64,000 nt of DNA from Anaerolineales bacterium (GTDB lineage: Bacteria; Chloroflexota; Anaerolineae; Anaerolineales; RBG-16-64-43). This document shows positions 1 through 9,702 of this stretch, one piece after another. The translations under genes and the position numbers were made by a program. Positions within the stretch are counted from its first letter, which is position 1, and every line of letters begins with the position of its first letter. The stretch covers positions 100,994 through 164,993 of the forward strand of contig JBEKXU010000002.1 in the NCBI GenBank assembly GCA_049511715.1. The letters run 5' to 3'. The notes beneath the pieces are model-generated. The model ran no database searches. It saw nothing but the letters and a program-made list of their open reading frames with translations, and was not told the origin of the DNA.

Positions 1-491
1 TGGCCGATCTGATCGCCTACACTGCCGATAATACCCAGGTCGGGCAGACCGTCTCGCTGACCGTCCTGCGGGGCGGCAAGCAAACCCAGCTCTCCCTCAC
101 CCTGGAGGCCAGGCCCTCGGGTTCACAAACCGCCAGCGTCGTTTCGGGCGCCGCCTGGCTGGGAATCGATGCCGAGACCCTGAATGCGGATCTGGCCCAG
201 GCGATGAATCTCCCTGCCGATCAGCAGGGGGTGCTGATCCTTCGGGTGACGTCGGGCAGCCCGGCGGAAAAGGCCGGGTTGCGGGGTGGCAGCCAGACCG
301 TGACCATCGCAGGCGTCTCCACCTTGATCGGCGGCGACGTGATCGTGGGGATGGACGGGCAGGCCATTGCCACCAGCGCGGACCTGCAGGCCGAATTGGC
401 CCAGGAGGCACCGGGCCAAACGGTGCGGATCTTTTTCCTCCGCTCCGGGAGGCAGCGGTCGGTTGAGGTGAGTTTGGGAACGCAGCCGTAG
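1..491 (+). CDS. HtrA/DegP-family serine protease, C-terminal PDZ region (5' end cut by window edge)
   Basis: Frame 3 is open from the window start to TAG at 489-491. The translation shows PDZ-like segments (..QTVSLTVLRGGK.. and ..GVLILRVTSGSPAEKAGLRGG..GDVIVGMDGQAI..VRIFFLRSGRQRSVEV). Confidence 0.7.
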   Translation, partial: ADLIAYTADNTQVGQTVSLTVLRGGKQTQLSLTLEARPSGSQTASVVSGAAWLGIDAETLNADLAQAMNLPADQQGVLILRVTSGSPAEKAGLRGGSQTVTIAGVSTLIGGDVIVGMDGQAIATSADLQAELAQEAPGQTVRIFFLRSGRQRSVEVSLGTQP

Positions 492-815
492 TTCCGGGCG
501 GGCAGGCCAGTTCCCGAGTGGAGCGAGGTCTGCCCGGGCCCGCAGGATCGTGGTGTGCCGGCGCGCCCAGCCGACCCGTGGCGGAAGCCCCGGACCGTTC
601 GGGGCAGGTTGCTTCGGGTTCTCCTTGGCCGCCGGCGATTATGGAGAGAACCCATATGGCGCCGCCTCGATGCGGGAGCGGAGGGGTCGCGCGGGAACCT
701 TTGGCCTGGAATGCCGCCAGGCCCTCGGCCGCTCTCCGGCGGATAAGTGCGGCTGGGGAAAGAGAACGGGGAATCGACTGAGCACTTTGGCGAGGGGAGG
801 AGAGGAACCAGACTC

Positions 816-2324
816 ATGCTAGCAGACATCACCGTTGCCTTCTTGGAGCTGCTTTACTTTCTCGCCCTGGTCGGGCTGGCCCTCTTTGGCGTCCATAGTC
901 TTGTGCTCATGATCATGTATTGGAGGCAGAAGAACCGCCCCAGGCCGACTTTGCCGCCTCCGCCCGAGGACTCCTGGCCGGTCGTCACGGTCCAGCTTCC
1001 TGTGTATAACGAGCGCTACACGATCGGGCGCCTGCTCAAATCCGTTTCCCAGCTGGATTACCCTCGCGACCGCCTGCAGGTTCAGGTTCTGGATGATTCG
1101 ACGGACCTGACCACGGAGATTATCGCCCGCCTGGTCAGGGAGTACCGTGCTCAGGGGCTCGACATCGAATGCCGGCACCGAACGAACCGCCAGGGGTACA
1201 AAGCGGGGGCTCTGGGTGAGGGGCTTGCGGTGGCCCGCGGGGAACTGGTGGCCATATTCGACGCCGATTTCCTCCCCCCTCCCGAGTGGTTGCGGAAGGT
1301 CGTGCCCGAGTTCGCCGACCCCAAGCTGGGCTGCTTCCAAACGCGCTGGGGCCACGCCAATCGCGAGTTCAGTGCGCTGACCCGCGCGCAGGCCCTGGGA
1401 ATCGACGGGCACTTTGTGATCGAGCAGACCGTTCGTTCCGCCAACGGGCTGTTCCTTAATTTCAACGGCACCGCCGGCATCTGGCGCCGGTCCTGCATCC
1501 AGGACGCCGGAGGCTGGCAGTCCGATACGCTGACCGAGGACCTGGACCTGAGCTATCGGGCCCAGCTGTGCGGCTGGCGCATTGGCTATCGGCCCGATGT
1601 GGTCGTGCCGGCGGAACTCCCGGCCCAGATCGAGGCTCTGCTTCACCAGCAATTCCGATGGGCCAAGGGCAGCATCCAGACGGTCCGCAAGATTCTGCCC
1701 AGGCTTTATCACCAGGACATCCCCTGGCGCAAGCGGATCTTCGGAACCATCCATCTCCTGGGGTACGTGGTCCACCCGCTCATGCTGGCGGCCCTCCTTC
1801 TGTCTCTGCCCGTCGGGTACTTTGCCTCGGGCTTCTTCCGGGTGTTCCCGTGGACGGGCCTGGCCATCGTTGGGCCGCCTCTCCTGTATGCAGGCTCGCG
1901 GACGGTTCAGCTGCCGCGCGTGAGCGACCGCTTGAAGGTCCTGCCGGTCCTCGTTCTCCTGGGTTTCGGCCTATCCTTGAGCAATACCCTGGCCGTGATC
2001 GAGGGGCTGGTGGGAGACGGCGGCAAGTTCGAAAGAACCCCCAAGTTCGATCTGGGGAATGGCACGGGGGCGTGGATCTCCGGCCGGTATGCCCCCCGGC
2101 ACAGCGCCATGGTGTGGGGCGAATTGGCCCTGGCGGCATATGCCATGGTCACCGTGGTGGTCCTGTGGAGCTCGGACACCTGGACGACGGTGCCGTGGAT
2201 GATGGCCTATGCGGCTGGCTACCTGTTTGTCGCAGGTTTGACCCTGCTGCAGATCTGGCAGCAACGCCTCGCCGGGGCGGAGCAAAAGGCGTCGGCGGCC
2301 TCGGATCGGCTCTCCGTGTCATGA
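816..2324 (+). CDS. Processive family-2 glycosyltransferase (cellulose-synthase-like / CslA-like), multi-TM
   Basis: GT2 signatures are present: LDDSTD, FDADF, TED and QQFRWAKG (QxxRW), plus an N-terminal TM and several C-terminal TM helices. The ATG at 816 follows a GGGGAGGAGAGG Shine-Dalgarno-like run; the ORF track start at 747 is less likely. Confidence 0.8.
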   Translation: MLADITVAFLELLYFLALVGLALFGVHSLVLMIMYWRQKNRPRPTLPPPPEDSWPVVTVQLPVYNERYTIGRLLKSVSQLDYPRDRLQVQVLDDSTDLTTEIIARLVREYRAQGLDIECRHRTNRQGYKAGALGEGLAVARGELVAIFDADFLPPPEWLRKVVPEFADPKLGCFQTRWGHANREFSALTRAQALGIDGHFVIEQTVRSANGLFLNFNGTAGIWRRSCIQDAGGWQSDTLTEDLDLSYRAQLCGWRIGYRPDVVVPAELPAQIEALLHQQFRWAKGSIQTVRKILPRLYHQDIPWRKRIFGTIHLLGYVVHPLMLAALLLSLPVGYFASGFFRVFPWTGLAIVGPPLLYAGSRTVQLPRVSDRLKVLPVLVLLGFGLSLSNTLAVIEGLVGDGGKFERTPKFDLGNGTGAWISGRYAPRHSAMVWGELALAAYAMVTVVVLWSSDTWTTVPWMMAYAAGYLFVAGLTLLQIWQQRLAGAEQKASAASDRLSVS

Positions 2325-2362
2325 TCTGCGACCCGACCGCCTGACCGCGAGGGGCGATCCTG

Positions 2363-3625
2363 ATGAAGAGGGGTTATCAAGTCCTGCTGTTCGTGGGAGG
2401 CGGCCTGTTTTTGGTCGCCTTGGGGGTGGTCGCCGGGGTGGCCGGCGACCGTTTCTTAGCCAGCTCCTATTCCCCTCCCAGCTACGTTCCGGCGGGGGCC
2501 GCTTCCGACTTCCGCCTCATGGCCCAGGCCTGGAATCTGATCGCTCAAGACTACGTGGATCATGCCGTGGAGGATCCTCGGACCCTTACCTACGGCGCCA
2601 TCAGCGGAATGGTCGATGCTCTCGGGGACACCGGCCACAGCCGCTTTTTGAGTCCGAGCGAGGTGCACTCGGAGCAGACCTTCACCTCCGGAACGTTCGA
2701 GGGAATCGGGGCCGAGGTCGAGATGAAGGACAACCAGGTTGTGATCGCGGCCCCCTTGAATGGATCCCCGGCCGAAAAGGCCGGCCTGCAGCCCGGAGAT
2801 ATCATTTTGAAAGTGGACGGCGTGGATGTGAGCGGCATGTCTTTGACCCAGGTCGTCAATCGGATCCTGGGAAAAGCGGGCACCTCGGTTACGCTCACGA
2901 TTCTGCGTCCCGCCACGGGGGTCACCCAAAACGTGACCATCGTGCGTGCCCGCATTGAGGTGAACAACATCAGCTGGCATATGTTGCCCGGCACAGCGGT
3001 CGCCCACCTGGACATCCTGGCGTTCAGTCAAGGGTCCACGGACAACCTGGCGCAGGCCTTGGTCGCGATTCAGTCGGCGGGTGCCAAGGGGATCATCCTC
3101 GACCTTCGGGACGATCCGGGCGGGCTCCTGGGGGAGGCGACCGGGGTGGCCAGTGAATTCCTTCCGAGCGGGAACGTTTTGCTGGAGAAGGATGCCAAGG
3201 GCAAGCTCACCCCGGTGCCGGTCAGCCGGCGCGCGCTCGACCCCAACCAGCCTCTGGTCGTGCTCGTCAACGGGGAAACCGCCAGCGCCGCGGAAATCGT
3301 CGCCGGAGCCCTGCAGGATGCCGGACGGGCAGCCCTGGTCGGTCAGACCACTTACGGGACGGGCACGGTGCTTCAAGAATTCCCCCTGGCAGACGGCTCG
3401 GCCGTGCTCCTGGCAACGCAAGAATGGCTCACTCCCAAGGGCCGGGTCATCTGGCACAAGGGGATCCAGCCGAACGAGATCGTCACTCTGCCTCCGAGCC
3501 AACAGCTCCTGAGCCCCGATGGCGAGCAAGGCCTGACCCCCGCCGAGCTGCAGTCGAGCGGAGACACCCAGTTGCTGGACGCGCTCAAACTCCTCGAGCA
3601 GAAGTTGCCGTCCGCGTCGCACTGA
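2363..3625 (+). CDS. S41 C-terminal-processing peptidase homolog with PDZ domain (catalytic Lys position is Thr)
   Basis: N-terminal TM anchor, PDZ segment (GSPAEKAGLQPGDIILKVDG), IILDLRDDPGG, and GETASAAE with Ser308. The FGKG motif 25 residues later reads YGTGTV (Thr333). Confidence 0.8.
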   Translation: MKRGYQVLLFVGGGLFLVALGVVAGVAGDRFLASSYSPPSYVPAGAASDFRLMAQAWNLIAQDYVDHAVEDPRTLTYGAISGMVDALGDTGHSRFLSPSEVHSEQTFTSGTFEGIGAEVEMKDNQVVIAAPLNGSPAEKAGLQPGDIILKVDGVDVSGMSLTQVVNRILGKAGTSVTLTILRPATGVTQNVTIVRARIEVNNISWHMLPGTAVAHLDILAFSQGSTDNLAQALVAIQSAGAKGIILDLRDDPGGLLGEATGVASEFLPSGNVLLEKDAKGKLTPVPVSRRALDPNQPLVVLVNGETASAAEIVAGALQDAGRAALVGQTTYGTGTVLQEFPLADGSAVLLATQEWLTPKGRVIWHKGIQPNEIVTLPPSQQLLSPDGEQGLTPAELQSSGDTQLLDALKLLEQKLPSASH

Positions 3626-3660
3626 CCGCCGGCTCGAAAAGAAAGCAACCTCCTCGCCCA

Positions 3661-3742
3661 GGAACCCCAGAAGCTGGTTCTCCCGGAGGGATCCCGGGAC
3701 GGGGCGGGGGAACCCCAGATTCTGGTTCTCCCGGAAGGATCC
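3661..3742. repeat. Two 34-nt direct repeats (31/34 identical, 48-nt period), each with an internal short palindrome, in a convergent intergenic region
   Basis: 3661-3694 reads ggaaccccagaagctggttctcccggagggatcc and 3709-3742 reads ggaaccccagattctggttctcccggaaggatcc. A third partial copy (gttctcccgga) lies at about 3783-3793. Confidence 0.7.
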
Positions 3743-3921
3743 GAACCGCAGGCGCTGCCCCGGAACCTGCCTCTGCGGTCCGTTCTCCCGGATGAACCGT
3801 CCGGGATTCCGGGGTTCAGGGAACGAGGGACAAAGGGTTGGTGAAACGGGGACTGCCGTCGGATCGGTTGGCCGGGCCGTTACCCGGCAGGTGCGCCCCG
3901 CCCTGGGGCAGGCCGAGGGGG

Positions 3922-4779
3922 CTACTCCGTCGCCGGCTGCATGCTCGGCAGAGAGAGAAGATAGCCTCGCCCTCGTACGGTGCGGATGAAACTGGGCCGC
4001 TTGGGATCGCGTTCCAGTTTGCGCCGAAGCCGGACGATGTGGGGATGGACAATCGTCTTGGCCTCGGTTTCAGAGAGCTCGTAACTCATGGCCTCGCGGG
4101 CGATGCGGCGCGAGGAGAGGACGTCCCCCGGATGGGCCATGAGGAGCGACAGGATGCTCTCCTCGCTGGCCGTGAGGGGGATGGCTCGGGTCTCCTCACC
4201 CGCCTTGAGGGTGAGCGTGCGCTTCTCGCGGTCCAGCGAAAGCGGGCCGGCGTATTGAAACCGTTCGGCAGGAACCGCGCTGCTCTTGCCCTCGTGAATG
4301 GGTCGATCGGTCTTCAGCAGTTCGAGGGCGGCGATCGCCGCATCCAGGGAATGACGCTGCTGCATCTCCTGGACCCGCTTCCGCAGCGCCCGGTGAATGG
4401 CCGCATCCACCTGCTCCAGAGAGGCCGGCTTGAGCAGGTAATCCACGACCATGCCGGACTTGAGGGCCGCCACGGCGCTGTCCAGAGCGGCGTGCCCGGT
4501 GAGGATGATGACCAGAATGTTGGGACGGAGCTGCTGTGTCTTCTGAAGCACCTCCAGGCCGTCCATGCCCGGCATGCGGATGTCCAGGACCATCAGGTCG
4601 TAGGGCAAACGGGTGAGCTTGTCGAGGGCCTCTTGGCCCGAGCGGGCCTCGTCCACGTACGTGTAGCCTTTGAGTCGCAGGGCCCGCGACATCGCCAGCA
4701 GGACGTGAGGCTCGTCATCGACCAGCAGGATGCGGGCTTCCGGGAGGATCGGAGCGGAGATCGACTCATCCATAGCCAT
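3922..4779 (-). CDS. OmpR/PhoB-type response regulator (receiver + winged-helix) with an extended linker
   Basis: The receiver has ILLVDDEPH, LMVLDIRMPGMDG and LLKP. The C-terminus has VHPHIVRLRRKLE...IRTVRGRGY. It overlaps the upstream kinase gene by 14 nt. Confidence 0.85.
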   Translation of the reverse strand: MAMDESISAPILPEARILLVDDEPHVLLAMSRALRLKGYTYVDEARSGQEALDKLTRLPYDLMVLDIRMPGMDGLEVLQKTQQLRPNILVIILTGHAALDSAVAALKSGMVVDYLLKPASLEQVDAAIHRALRKRVQEMQQRHSLDAAIAALELLKTDRPIHEGKSSAVPAERFQYAGPLSLDREKRTLTLKAGEETRAIPLTASEESILSLLMAHPGDVLSSRRIAREAMSYELSETEAKTIVHPHIVRLRRKLERDPKRPSFIRTVRGRGYLLSLPSMQPATE

Positions 4780-6580
4780 TTTCCGCAGGTGGGTTCTCGT
4801 GGATCAAGGGCAGGGTAATCGTGAAGACCACCCCCTTGCCGTGGGGGACATTCACCACTCGAATCGTACCATGATGTCGCTGAATGATTGAATGGCTCAC
4901 GCTTAAGCCCAGACCGGTCCCCTCCGCTCGCGTGGTGAAGAAGGGTTCGAACAGGTGCGGCAGAACATCGGGCGGGATCGGCGGACCATCGTTGGCGAGC
5001 GACACCTCAACCTTTTCCCCTCGCGTGCGAATGCGGATCTCCAAGTGCCCCCGCCCCTGCATGGCATGGGCGGCGTTCAGGATGATGTTCAGAAAGACCT
5101 GAATCAGCTGCCCGGGCGCCACCATCGAGGGAGGCAGAGACCCCGGCGCTGTCACGTGCATCTCGATCTGCTGATTCTGGAGGTAATTTCGGCTAAGCGC
5201 AAGTGCCCCATCCAGGACCTGGGCCACGGAAACCGGCTGCAGCACATCGGAGGTCGGGCGTGCAAACCCCAGGACCCTGCGGGTGATCTCGTCCAGCCGT
5301 TCGACCTCGCCCTCCAGGATGCGCAGCGACTCCTCGCGTTCCTGCGGGCTCAAGCGGTAGCGCCGGATGAGCTCGAGGTGGGCCTGCAAGGATTGAAGCG
5401 GGTTGTTGATCTCGTGCGCCAGCGAGGCCGCAACCCGGCCGATGGCGGCCAGTCGCTCGGTGCGCTCGGCCTCGGCGGTGACCAGGTTGGTGTAGGTCGT
5501 CAGTTCGGCCAGGAGCAGGATCCCCAAGACCGAGTGGCTGGCGTCGCGCAGAGGCACGCTATGGACCCTCAGCGTCTCTTGACCTCCCGGCAGGTCCACC
5601 GTGAGCTTCTCCATCGAGGTCGTGTCGCGGCGCTGGAGACTCTCGCGAATCATGCCCCGCAGGGCTTCCGGGATCAGCGGATCGGTCAACAGATTGCGGT
5701 CGAGGGCACCCGAGGGGCTTAGGCCTCGCTTGGAAAGCTCCGCGGAAAGGCGGGGGTTGATCTCGATCACCGTTCCATCCCCTTCCAAGAGGGCGATCAG
5801 GAAGGGAACGGTGTCCAGCATGCTTCGGTAGCGCACCTCGGAGGCCTGAAGGTTCAACAGCAGGCGGGCATTGAGCAGGGCCGTCTCGAGGGCCGCCGAG
5901 CTGCTGCTCAGCAGCTCGGCCAGGGGCCCATCGATCCCGTGCGGTTTCCCGGTCGCCAGAAGCAGGACCGCGTCGGCAGGACGTCCCAGCGGGACCAGCA
6001 CCCAGGCGAGCAGAGGAGGGTCCCCCAGCAAGGGGAGATCGGGGAGCGAGGCGGCATCCGCCAGATAAATGGCCTCCCCGGAGCGCGCGACGGCCGCCAG
6101 CAAGGGAAACTCAGAGTAGGGCAGGCTTTCCGGCAGAATCTTGCGCGCCGGCCCCAAGCGCTCAAACCGCAGGCCCGCCTGGTGCTCGTCGTCGCACAAG
6201 ATGAGGCTGGCCAGGCGCACTCCCGGGCCTAGGCGCAGACAGGAACGCAGCCCGGCCGCAACCGGCCGGCGCTGGGTCTGCAGTGCCACTTCCAGTTGCT
6301 GTGGGCTGGGGAGGGGGAGCCCCGGGGCCGCAAAGGCAGGGGCCCCGGACAGGGCAGGACGGGGCGGGGCGGGCGAACCCGGCGGCCTTTCCGCCTGCTC
6401 GCCCGGGGCGGGCCGGCGAGGAAAACCAGCCATCTCTCGCGCCAGGGTCTGCGGCCGACAGCCTCGAACCTGAAAGCCCGCGCGCTCCAACGACCGACGC
6501 GCGCTGCTCGATCGGCGCGAATCGGCCGAGACAAGAAGCAGACGGCGGGGCGGAGGAGCAGGTGCTCGCTGGGCTTTCAT
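4766..6580 (-). CDS. Cytoplasmic sensor histidine kinase (GAF-like + PAS + HisKA + HATPase_c)
   Basis: H-box SLAHEINNPLQSL, N-box NIILNAAHAM, and G-boxes NDGPPIP and GTGLGLS. The PAS-like segment is YRSMLDTVPFLIALLEGDGTVIEINP. No TM helix is seen. The Pro/Arg/Ala-rich first ~100 aa make the true start uncertain. Confidence 0.8.
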   Translation of the reverse strand: MKAQRAPAPPPRRLLLVSADSRRSSSARRSLERAGFQVRGCRPQTLAREMAGFPRRPAPGEQAERPPGSPAPPRPALSGAPAFAAPGLPLPSPQQLEVALQTQRRPVAAGLRSCLRLGPGVRLASLILCDDEHQAGLRFERLGPARKILPESLPYSEFPLLAAVARSGEAIYLADAASLPDLPLLGDPPLLAWVLVPLGRPADAVLLLATGKPHGIDGPLAELLSSSSAALETALLNARLLLNLQASEVRYRSMLDTVPFLIALLEGDGTVIEINPRLSAELSKRGLSPSGALDRNLLTDPLIPEALRGMIRESLQRRDTTSMEKLTVDLPGGQETLRVHSVPLRDASHSVLGILLLAELTTYTNLVTAEAERTERLAAIGRVAASLAHEINNPLQSLQAHLELIRRYRLSPQEREESLRILEGEVERLDEITRRVLGFARPTSDVLQPVSVAQVLDGALALSRNYLQNQQIEMHVTAPGSLPPSMVAPGQLIQVFLNIILNAAHAMQGRGHLEIRIRTRGEKVEVSLANDGPPIPPDVLPHLFEPFFTTRAEGTGLGLSVSHSIIQRHHGTIRVVNVPHGKGVVFTITLPLIHENPPAENGYG

Positions 6581-6819
6581 CCTGCAGACCCCTCAGAGAC
6601 CTGAAGTTCGAGCGAGCCGCTTAACCCCTGGAGAAAAGCAGCTGCCAGGGATTCTACGCTACCTTCGCAATTGGTGCACCCTGCTTCGGGACCGCCTTGC
6701 TGTTCTCGCCCCATGGCGACCGCGCCGCGTCGGGGTGGAGGACCTCGCGGGAAACCGAATGGCGCGCGGGGTCAAGCCGGGGGCTACCGCCCGGCACGGG
6801 GAAAGGCTCGCGTCTCTCT

Positions 6820-8073
6820 CTAGTGGGCCAGCGCGAGAAGCGCGGAGGCTAATTGATCCACTTCCTCGAGGGTGTTGTAGTGAACCGGCCCGACCCGTAC
6901 CGTTCCGCCCTGGGACTCGAGTCCCAGGCGCTCGGCCAGGGCCAGGGCGTAGTGGTTGCCGTCCCAGACGTAAATCCCCTGGCGGTCGAGGGCCTCCGCA
7001 ACCTCGCTGGGAGACATCCCCTTCAGGGTGAAGGAAACCGTTGGCACACGCGCCGAGACGCGGTCGGGATCGGCAATACCCCAGATGCGCAGTCCGGGGA
7101 CTTTCCCCAAGCGCTCGAGAAGATGGCGGGACAGCGTCATCTCGTAGCCGCGAATGGCCGCCATCGCCTGCTCAAGCGCCAGGCGCCGGGGGCGGCTGGG
7201 CTGGGCGCTGCCCTCTACGGCAGCCGAGCCGAAGGCTTCTCCCAGCCAGGCCAGGTACTCCAGCGCCCCCAGCATCCCCGCGATGGCCTCAAAACTCGGG
7301 GTTCCCGTTTCGAACTTGCCGGGGGGGCGGTTATCTGCGGGGCGCACCTTGTAGGCCGGGAGATCCTCCAGGAGCTCAAGGCGTCCAAACAGGATCCCCA
7401 GGTGAGGGCCGAAGAACTTGTAGGCCGAACACACCAGGAAGTCGCACCCCAGCTCCCGCACGTCGATGGAGCTGTGCGGCGCATAGTGGACAGCATCCAC
7501 GAAAACCCAAGCGCCCATTTCCCGCGCCAGGTCGACGGCCCGGCGGACGTCGTTGATGGTTCCGACCGCATTGGAGGCCAGGCCGAGCGCCACCAGGCGG
7601 GTGCGGGGCGTGAGCAAGCGCTGGAGATCCTCGGTCCGGAGGGTGCAGTCCTCAACGTCGATGTCCCACCAGCGCACACGGCAACCCCTTTCCTGGGCGG
7701 CCGACAACCAGGGGGCGATGTTGGCGTCGTGATCCAGGCGGGTCACCACGATTTCGTCTTGCGGCCGGAGGCGCTGAGCGAGACTGCGGCTGAGCTGGAA
7801 CGTGAGGGTGGTCATATTCGGCCCGAAGATGATCTCTTCGGGCCGGCTGGCGTTGAGGAAATCCGCGGCCGTCCGGCGCGCCAGGTCCACCAGGGCGTCG
7901 GAGTCGCGGCTGGTGCGGAAGCCTCCGCCCTCATTGGCGTTCGTGGTGCGCAGATACTCGTCGATCCGCCGCAGGGCCTCGCGGCATATCTGCGTGCCCC
8001 CGGGGTTGTCGAAATAGACCGCCCGGCCCGCGAGCGCAGGGAAGTGATCCCGGACCGCGGCGACATCCAGCAT
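6820..8073 (-). CDS. Class-V aminotransferase-fold PLP enzyme (cysteine desulfurase-like / selenocysteine-lyase-like)
   Basis: The N-terminus VRDHFPAL...VYFDNPGGTQ, then VVTRLDHDANI, FVDAVHYAPH and the SAYKFFGPH PLP-lysine motif are typical of the SufS/CsdA-like subfamily. Confidence 0.8.
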   Translation of the reverse strand: MLDVAAVRDHFPALAGRAVYFDNPGGTQICREALRRIDEYLRTTNANEGGGFRTSRDSDALVDLARRTAADFLNASRPEEIIFGPNMTTLTFQLSRSLAQRLRPQDEIVVTRLDHDANIAPWLSAAQERGCRVRWWDIDVEDCTLRTEDLQRLLTPRTRLVALGLASNAVGTINDVRRAVDLAREMGAWVFVDAVHYAPHSSIDVRELGCDFLVCSAYKFFGPHLGILFGRLELLEDLPAYKVRPADNRPPGKFETGTPSFEAIAGMLGALEYLAWLGEAFGSAAVEGSAQPSRPRRLALEQAMAAIRGYEMTLSRHLLERLGKVPGLRIWGIADPDRVSARVPTVSFTLKGMSPSEVAEALDRQGIYVWDGNHYALALAERLGLESQGGTVRVGPVHYNTLEEVDQLASALLALAH

Positions 8074-8084
8074 GGAGGTCTCGC

Positions 8085-8645
8085 TCAGCTTTCCAGATGA
8101 GGGAAGGCCAGGGCCAGGGCGGCAAGGCTCTTGGCGTCTTGCAGCTGCCCCTGATGAATCATGCGGCGCACTTCCTTCAGAGGAAGCGGGAGCGTCGTGA
8201 TGATCTCATCTTCATCCGCGGGGGCGGGGTCCGCATAGAGCCCTTGCGCGAGAAAGGCATGCATGAATTCTGTGGCGTAGCCCGGGGCCAGATAGAACGA
8301 TCCGATGGGCACCAGGTCCCTGGCGCCCATCCCGGTTTCCTCGCGGAGTTCGCGCAGCGCACAAGCTTCCGGCTCCTCCCCCGGCTTGAGCGTCCCCGCG
8401 GGCAGCTCGAGGATCTCGCCGCCGGCAGCCTGGCGGTGCTGCCGCACCAGCCAGACCCGCCCAGCCTCGTCGACGGGGACCAGGACGACGGAATTCGGAT
8501 GCTCGACGATTTCCAGGGTCGCCTCTTTGCCTCCGGGCAGAAGAATTCGATCCGCGCGCACCGAGACCAGCTTGCCGCGAAAGAGTTGCTGGGTGGAGCG
8601 GGTGACGATTTTCATGGGGATCCAGGCGGAGGGGGGCGAGGTCAC
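8085..8645 (-). CDS. NUDIX hydrolase (ADP-ribose pyrophosphatase-like)
   Basis: The Nudix box is GTLKPGEEPEACALRELREETG. The start is either GTG at 8645 or ATG at 8615. Confidence 0.8.
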   Translation of the reverse strand: MTSPPSAWIPMKIVTRSTQQLFRGKLVSVRADRILLPGGKEATLEIVEHPNSVVLVPVDEAGRVWLVRQHRQAAGGEILELPAGTLKPGEEPEACALRELREETGMGARDLVPIGSFYLAPGYATEFMHAFLAQGLYADPAPADEDEIITTLPLPLKEVRRMIHQGQLQDAKSLAALALAFPHLES

Positions 8646-8661
8646 CCCCCTCGCGCGAGGC

Positions 8662-9357
8662 CTAGGGGATGCTGAGGGTCTGGCCGGGACTGAGCGTGTA
8701 GGGGGCCGTCAAGCCGTTCGCCTCGGCAATCTCGAGCGGATCCAGATCGCCGTACCAGCAGGCAACGGAGTTGAGGGTATCGCCGGCCTCGACCGTGTAC
8801 GTGTCGGGATGCGAATGCCACATCCGACCGCTTCCGTAGGTGTTTCCGGTCTGCGGGATCTTCAGGACCAAGCCGGGAAAATAGGTGACCCCTGTGCTCA
8901 ACCCGTTGAGAGTCATGAGTTCATTCGGGTCGAGATTGAACCGCCGGGCGATGCAGTAAGGATAATCCCCCTTTTGCAAGGTGTACGTGGCCGGGATTCC
9001 CGGGGTGGGTGTCGCGTACGGCAGCAAGGTGGAGGTGGCCTCGGGGGTGGAAGTGGGCTCGGGCATGGAGGTGTCGGTCGGGACGCTCGTGCCCGATGCC
9101 TCTGTGGCCAGCGAGAGGAATGTGGCGGTCGGCTGAGGAGCCGCCGCCGTCAACAGGACGGCCTGGGGATTGGCCACGGCGGTCTGGGTCATAAACGCTG
9201 CCCGGATGGCATCCATGGTCGCCTCCGCCGGGGAAGTCGCCCCAATCGACGAGGTGGAGGTCGCCGCGGCAACCGCCGGCGCCTTGAGCATTCGAGTGCA
9301 GGCGGCCAGTGCCAGGAGCGCGAAGGCAACTGCGGACATGCGAATCGCTTTGGTCAT
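8662..9357 (-). CDS. Lipoprotein with Ala/Thr/Pro-rich linker and two C-terminal LysM domains
   Basis: ATG at 9357 is preceded by GGGGAGGAA. The lipobox-like leader is MTKAIRMSAVAFALLALAAC. The LysM repeats are YTLQKGDYPYCIARRFNLDPNELMTLNGL and YTVEAGDTLNSVACWYGDLDPLEIAEANGL. Confidence 0.8.
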   Translation of the reverse strand: MTKAIRMSAVAFALLALAACTRMLKAPAVAAATSTSSIGATSPAEATMDAIRAAFMTQTAVANPQAVLLTAAAPQPTATFLSLATEASGTSVPTDTSMPEPTSTPEATSTLLPYATPTPGIPATYTLQKGDYPYCIARRFNLDPNELMTLNGLSTGVTYFPGLVLKIPQTGNTYGSGRMWHSHPDTYTVEAGDTLNSVACWYGDLDPLEIAEANGLTAPYTLSPGQTLSIP

Positions 9358-9702
9358 GAATTCCTCCCCGGACCCATCCGGGTTCCTTGTGCCACGCGGT
9401 GTCGCCGGGACAGGAGCGGCTATCCTAGCATAAGGGCCCCTACGGCGCAACCACGGAGCAGACTTTGCCGGCCTGGAGCGGCTCCCTAAGGGCGCCGCCG
9501 GGCTGGCGTCTTGTCCGCCTGAAAAAACCGAGGTCTGCTTGTGAAAGGAGGCATCCGCTTCTGCGCCACCCCGCACGTGGTTCGGCCCGCCGCCTTTTCC
9601 GAGGATATTGGGTTGCAACTCCCGTGCCAGTTTCCCAGACCAAGGGAACGGGGCCGGATCCGAGTTTCTGGGCTGCCCCTGGTCTGGATTCGCCGCAGAA
9701 CT

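Noticed and set aside
3661-3805. The direct repeats, considered as a mini-CRISPR array.
   Set aside because: There are only 2-3 imperfect copies with a 14-nt 'spacer', and no cas genes in the window. They look like REP or terminator-type repeats.
6853-8100. Long antisense or alternative-frame ORFs that mirror real genes. Examples are 6853-8100, 8305-9489, 3838-4818, 23360-24766, 39809-41086, 41545-42759, 46472-47494, 47491-48504 and 58692-60062.
   Set aside because: They lie opposite to or overlap genes with unmistakable family motifs. Their products are Arg/Pro/Gly/His-rich low-complexity strings, typical of shadow ORFs in high-GC DNA.
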